Of a DNA stretch of 54,679 nt, positions 54,389 through 54,679 are shown one piece after another. Both the position numbers and the translations under genes were made by a program. The stretch lies in NCBI GenBank assembly GCA_964540925.1, contig CAZIOR010000002.1:1-54679 (forward strand). Reading direction: 5' to 3'. The notes under the pieces are model-generated. The model ran no database searches and was not told the DNA's origin. It saw only the letters and a program-made list of their open reading frames with translations. Each line of letters opens with the position of its first letter. Within the stretch, counting starts at the first letter, position 1. Source of the stretch: an uncultured Gammaproteobacteria bacterium. Its GTDB lineage: Bacteria; Patescibacteriota; Microgenomatia; Levybacterales; UBA12049.

Positions 54389-54679
54389 CTAAAAAATATT
54401 AAATAGAGGATAGATCTTCCACAGGCTTGTAATATATATACAATTAAATAACACTCCTACAACAATAAACAATAAATCGTTCTTAGATAACTTTGGTGAA
54501 AGTGAAGGAATAAGAATAAGTAGTAAGAATGGTAAAAAATCCAATACATACCTATACCCATATTGAGAAAAGCCAATACTATAATAAACTAGAACTGGAA
54601 TAAGCAAGGCAACTACAGTAGCAACTGCTGACAAGGAATAAATTCCTTTCCTAAAATTAAATAATAGTTTTAAAAATAA
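54389..54679 (-). CDS. 3' part of a membrane protein gene running off the right edge (probable GT-C C-terminus)
   Basis: The track start at 54634 is a TTG. The frame stays open through 54679 (LFLKLLFNFRKGIYS precedes it), so the gene is truncated by the window. The hydrophobic tail carries GFSQYGYRYVLDFLPFLLL, which resembles C-termini of ArnT-like proteins. Its stop codon abuts the tRNA 3' end. Confidence 0.5.
   Translation of the reverse strand, partial: LFLKLLFNFRKGIYSLSAVATVVALLIPVLVYYSIGFSQYGYRYVLDFLPFLLLILIPSLSPKLSKNDLLFIVVGVLFNCIYITSLWKIYPLFNIF

Noticed and set aside
1-54679. About 35 short (60-122 aa) ORFs in the track that lie antisense or out of frame inside the large genes, for example 294..500, 1832..2023, 5676..5858, 8588..8776, 13374..13574, 13530..13730, 22742..22936, 26009..26224, 28269..28514, 31661..31909, 36414..36641, 41295..41513 and 51928..52164.
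   Set aside because: Each is fully embedded in a long ORF with clear family motifs. Their translations are low-complexity (K/F/L/I/N/S-rich) with no recognisable motif. Such shadow ORFs are expected in very AT-rich DNA with few stop codons on the opposite strand.
1-54679. CRISPR arrays, IS elements, integrases, toxin-antitoxin or defence genes, and long DNA repeats.
   Set aside because: I saw none. Every ORF longer than 200 nt that I accept is a glycosylation enzyme or membrane protein. No gap exceeds about 105 nt, and I saw no repeat-spacer periodicity or inverted terminal repeats.
1-54679. A recoded genetic code (UGA as a sense codon), as in some candidate phyla.
   Set aside because: Long ORFs with intact family motifs terminate at TGA, for example at 11-13, 1745-1747, 28834-28836 and 53479-53481, at the lengths expected for their families. 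The standard bacterial code fits.

Overview
This very AT-rich, almost gap-free 54.7-kb window uses standard stop codons (TGA, TAA and TAG all terminate long ORFs). It is essentially one continuous glycan-assembly super-locus. I call 45 complete CDSs, 1 CDS truncated at the right edge, and 1 tRNA-Glu(CUC). I found no mobile elements, CRISPR arrays or rRNA.

About 60% of the window encodes large polytopic membrane proteins that I read as GT-C-type, polyprenyl-phosphate-sugar-dependent glycosyltransferases:
- 9 complete plus 1 partial PMT/ArnT (GT39-like)
- 4 YfhO-like
- 3 PTPS-related-type
- 2 AftD/DUF3367-like
- 1 DUF2029/GT87-like

These are interleaved with:
- 12 GT2 modules, 5 of them DPM1/GtrB-type polyprenyl-phosphate-sugar synthases and 1 fused to a GT-C domain
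- 3 GT4 enzymes
- 4 SAM methyltransferases, each physically coupled to a GT-C gene
- 2 MOP/Wzx flippases
- GalE and an orphan RmlD-like reductase
- a 77-aa two-helix membrane protein

I see no initiating phosphoglycosyltransferase, Wzy/ligase, chain-length regulator, GtrA/ArnEF-type flippase or acceptor protein.

Genes sit in long same-strand runs with overlapping stop and start codons. The few non-coding gaps carry textbook sigma70-like promoters. Six of these place the -10 hexamer exactly 6 nt before the start codon, which implies leaderless mRNAs.

The composition and gene families resemble CPR/Patescibacteria-type genomes, but I cannot verify taxonomy. All family calls come from motif recognition by eye, not from HMM or BLAST searches.
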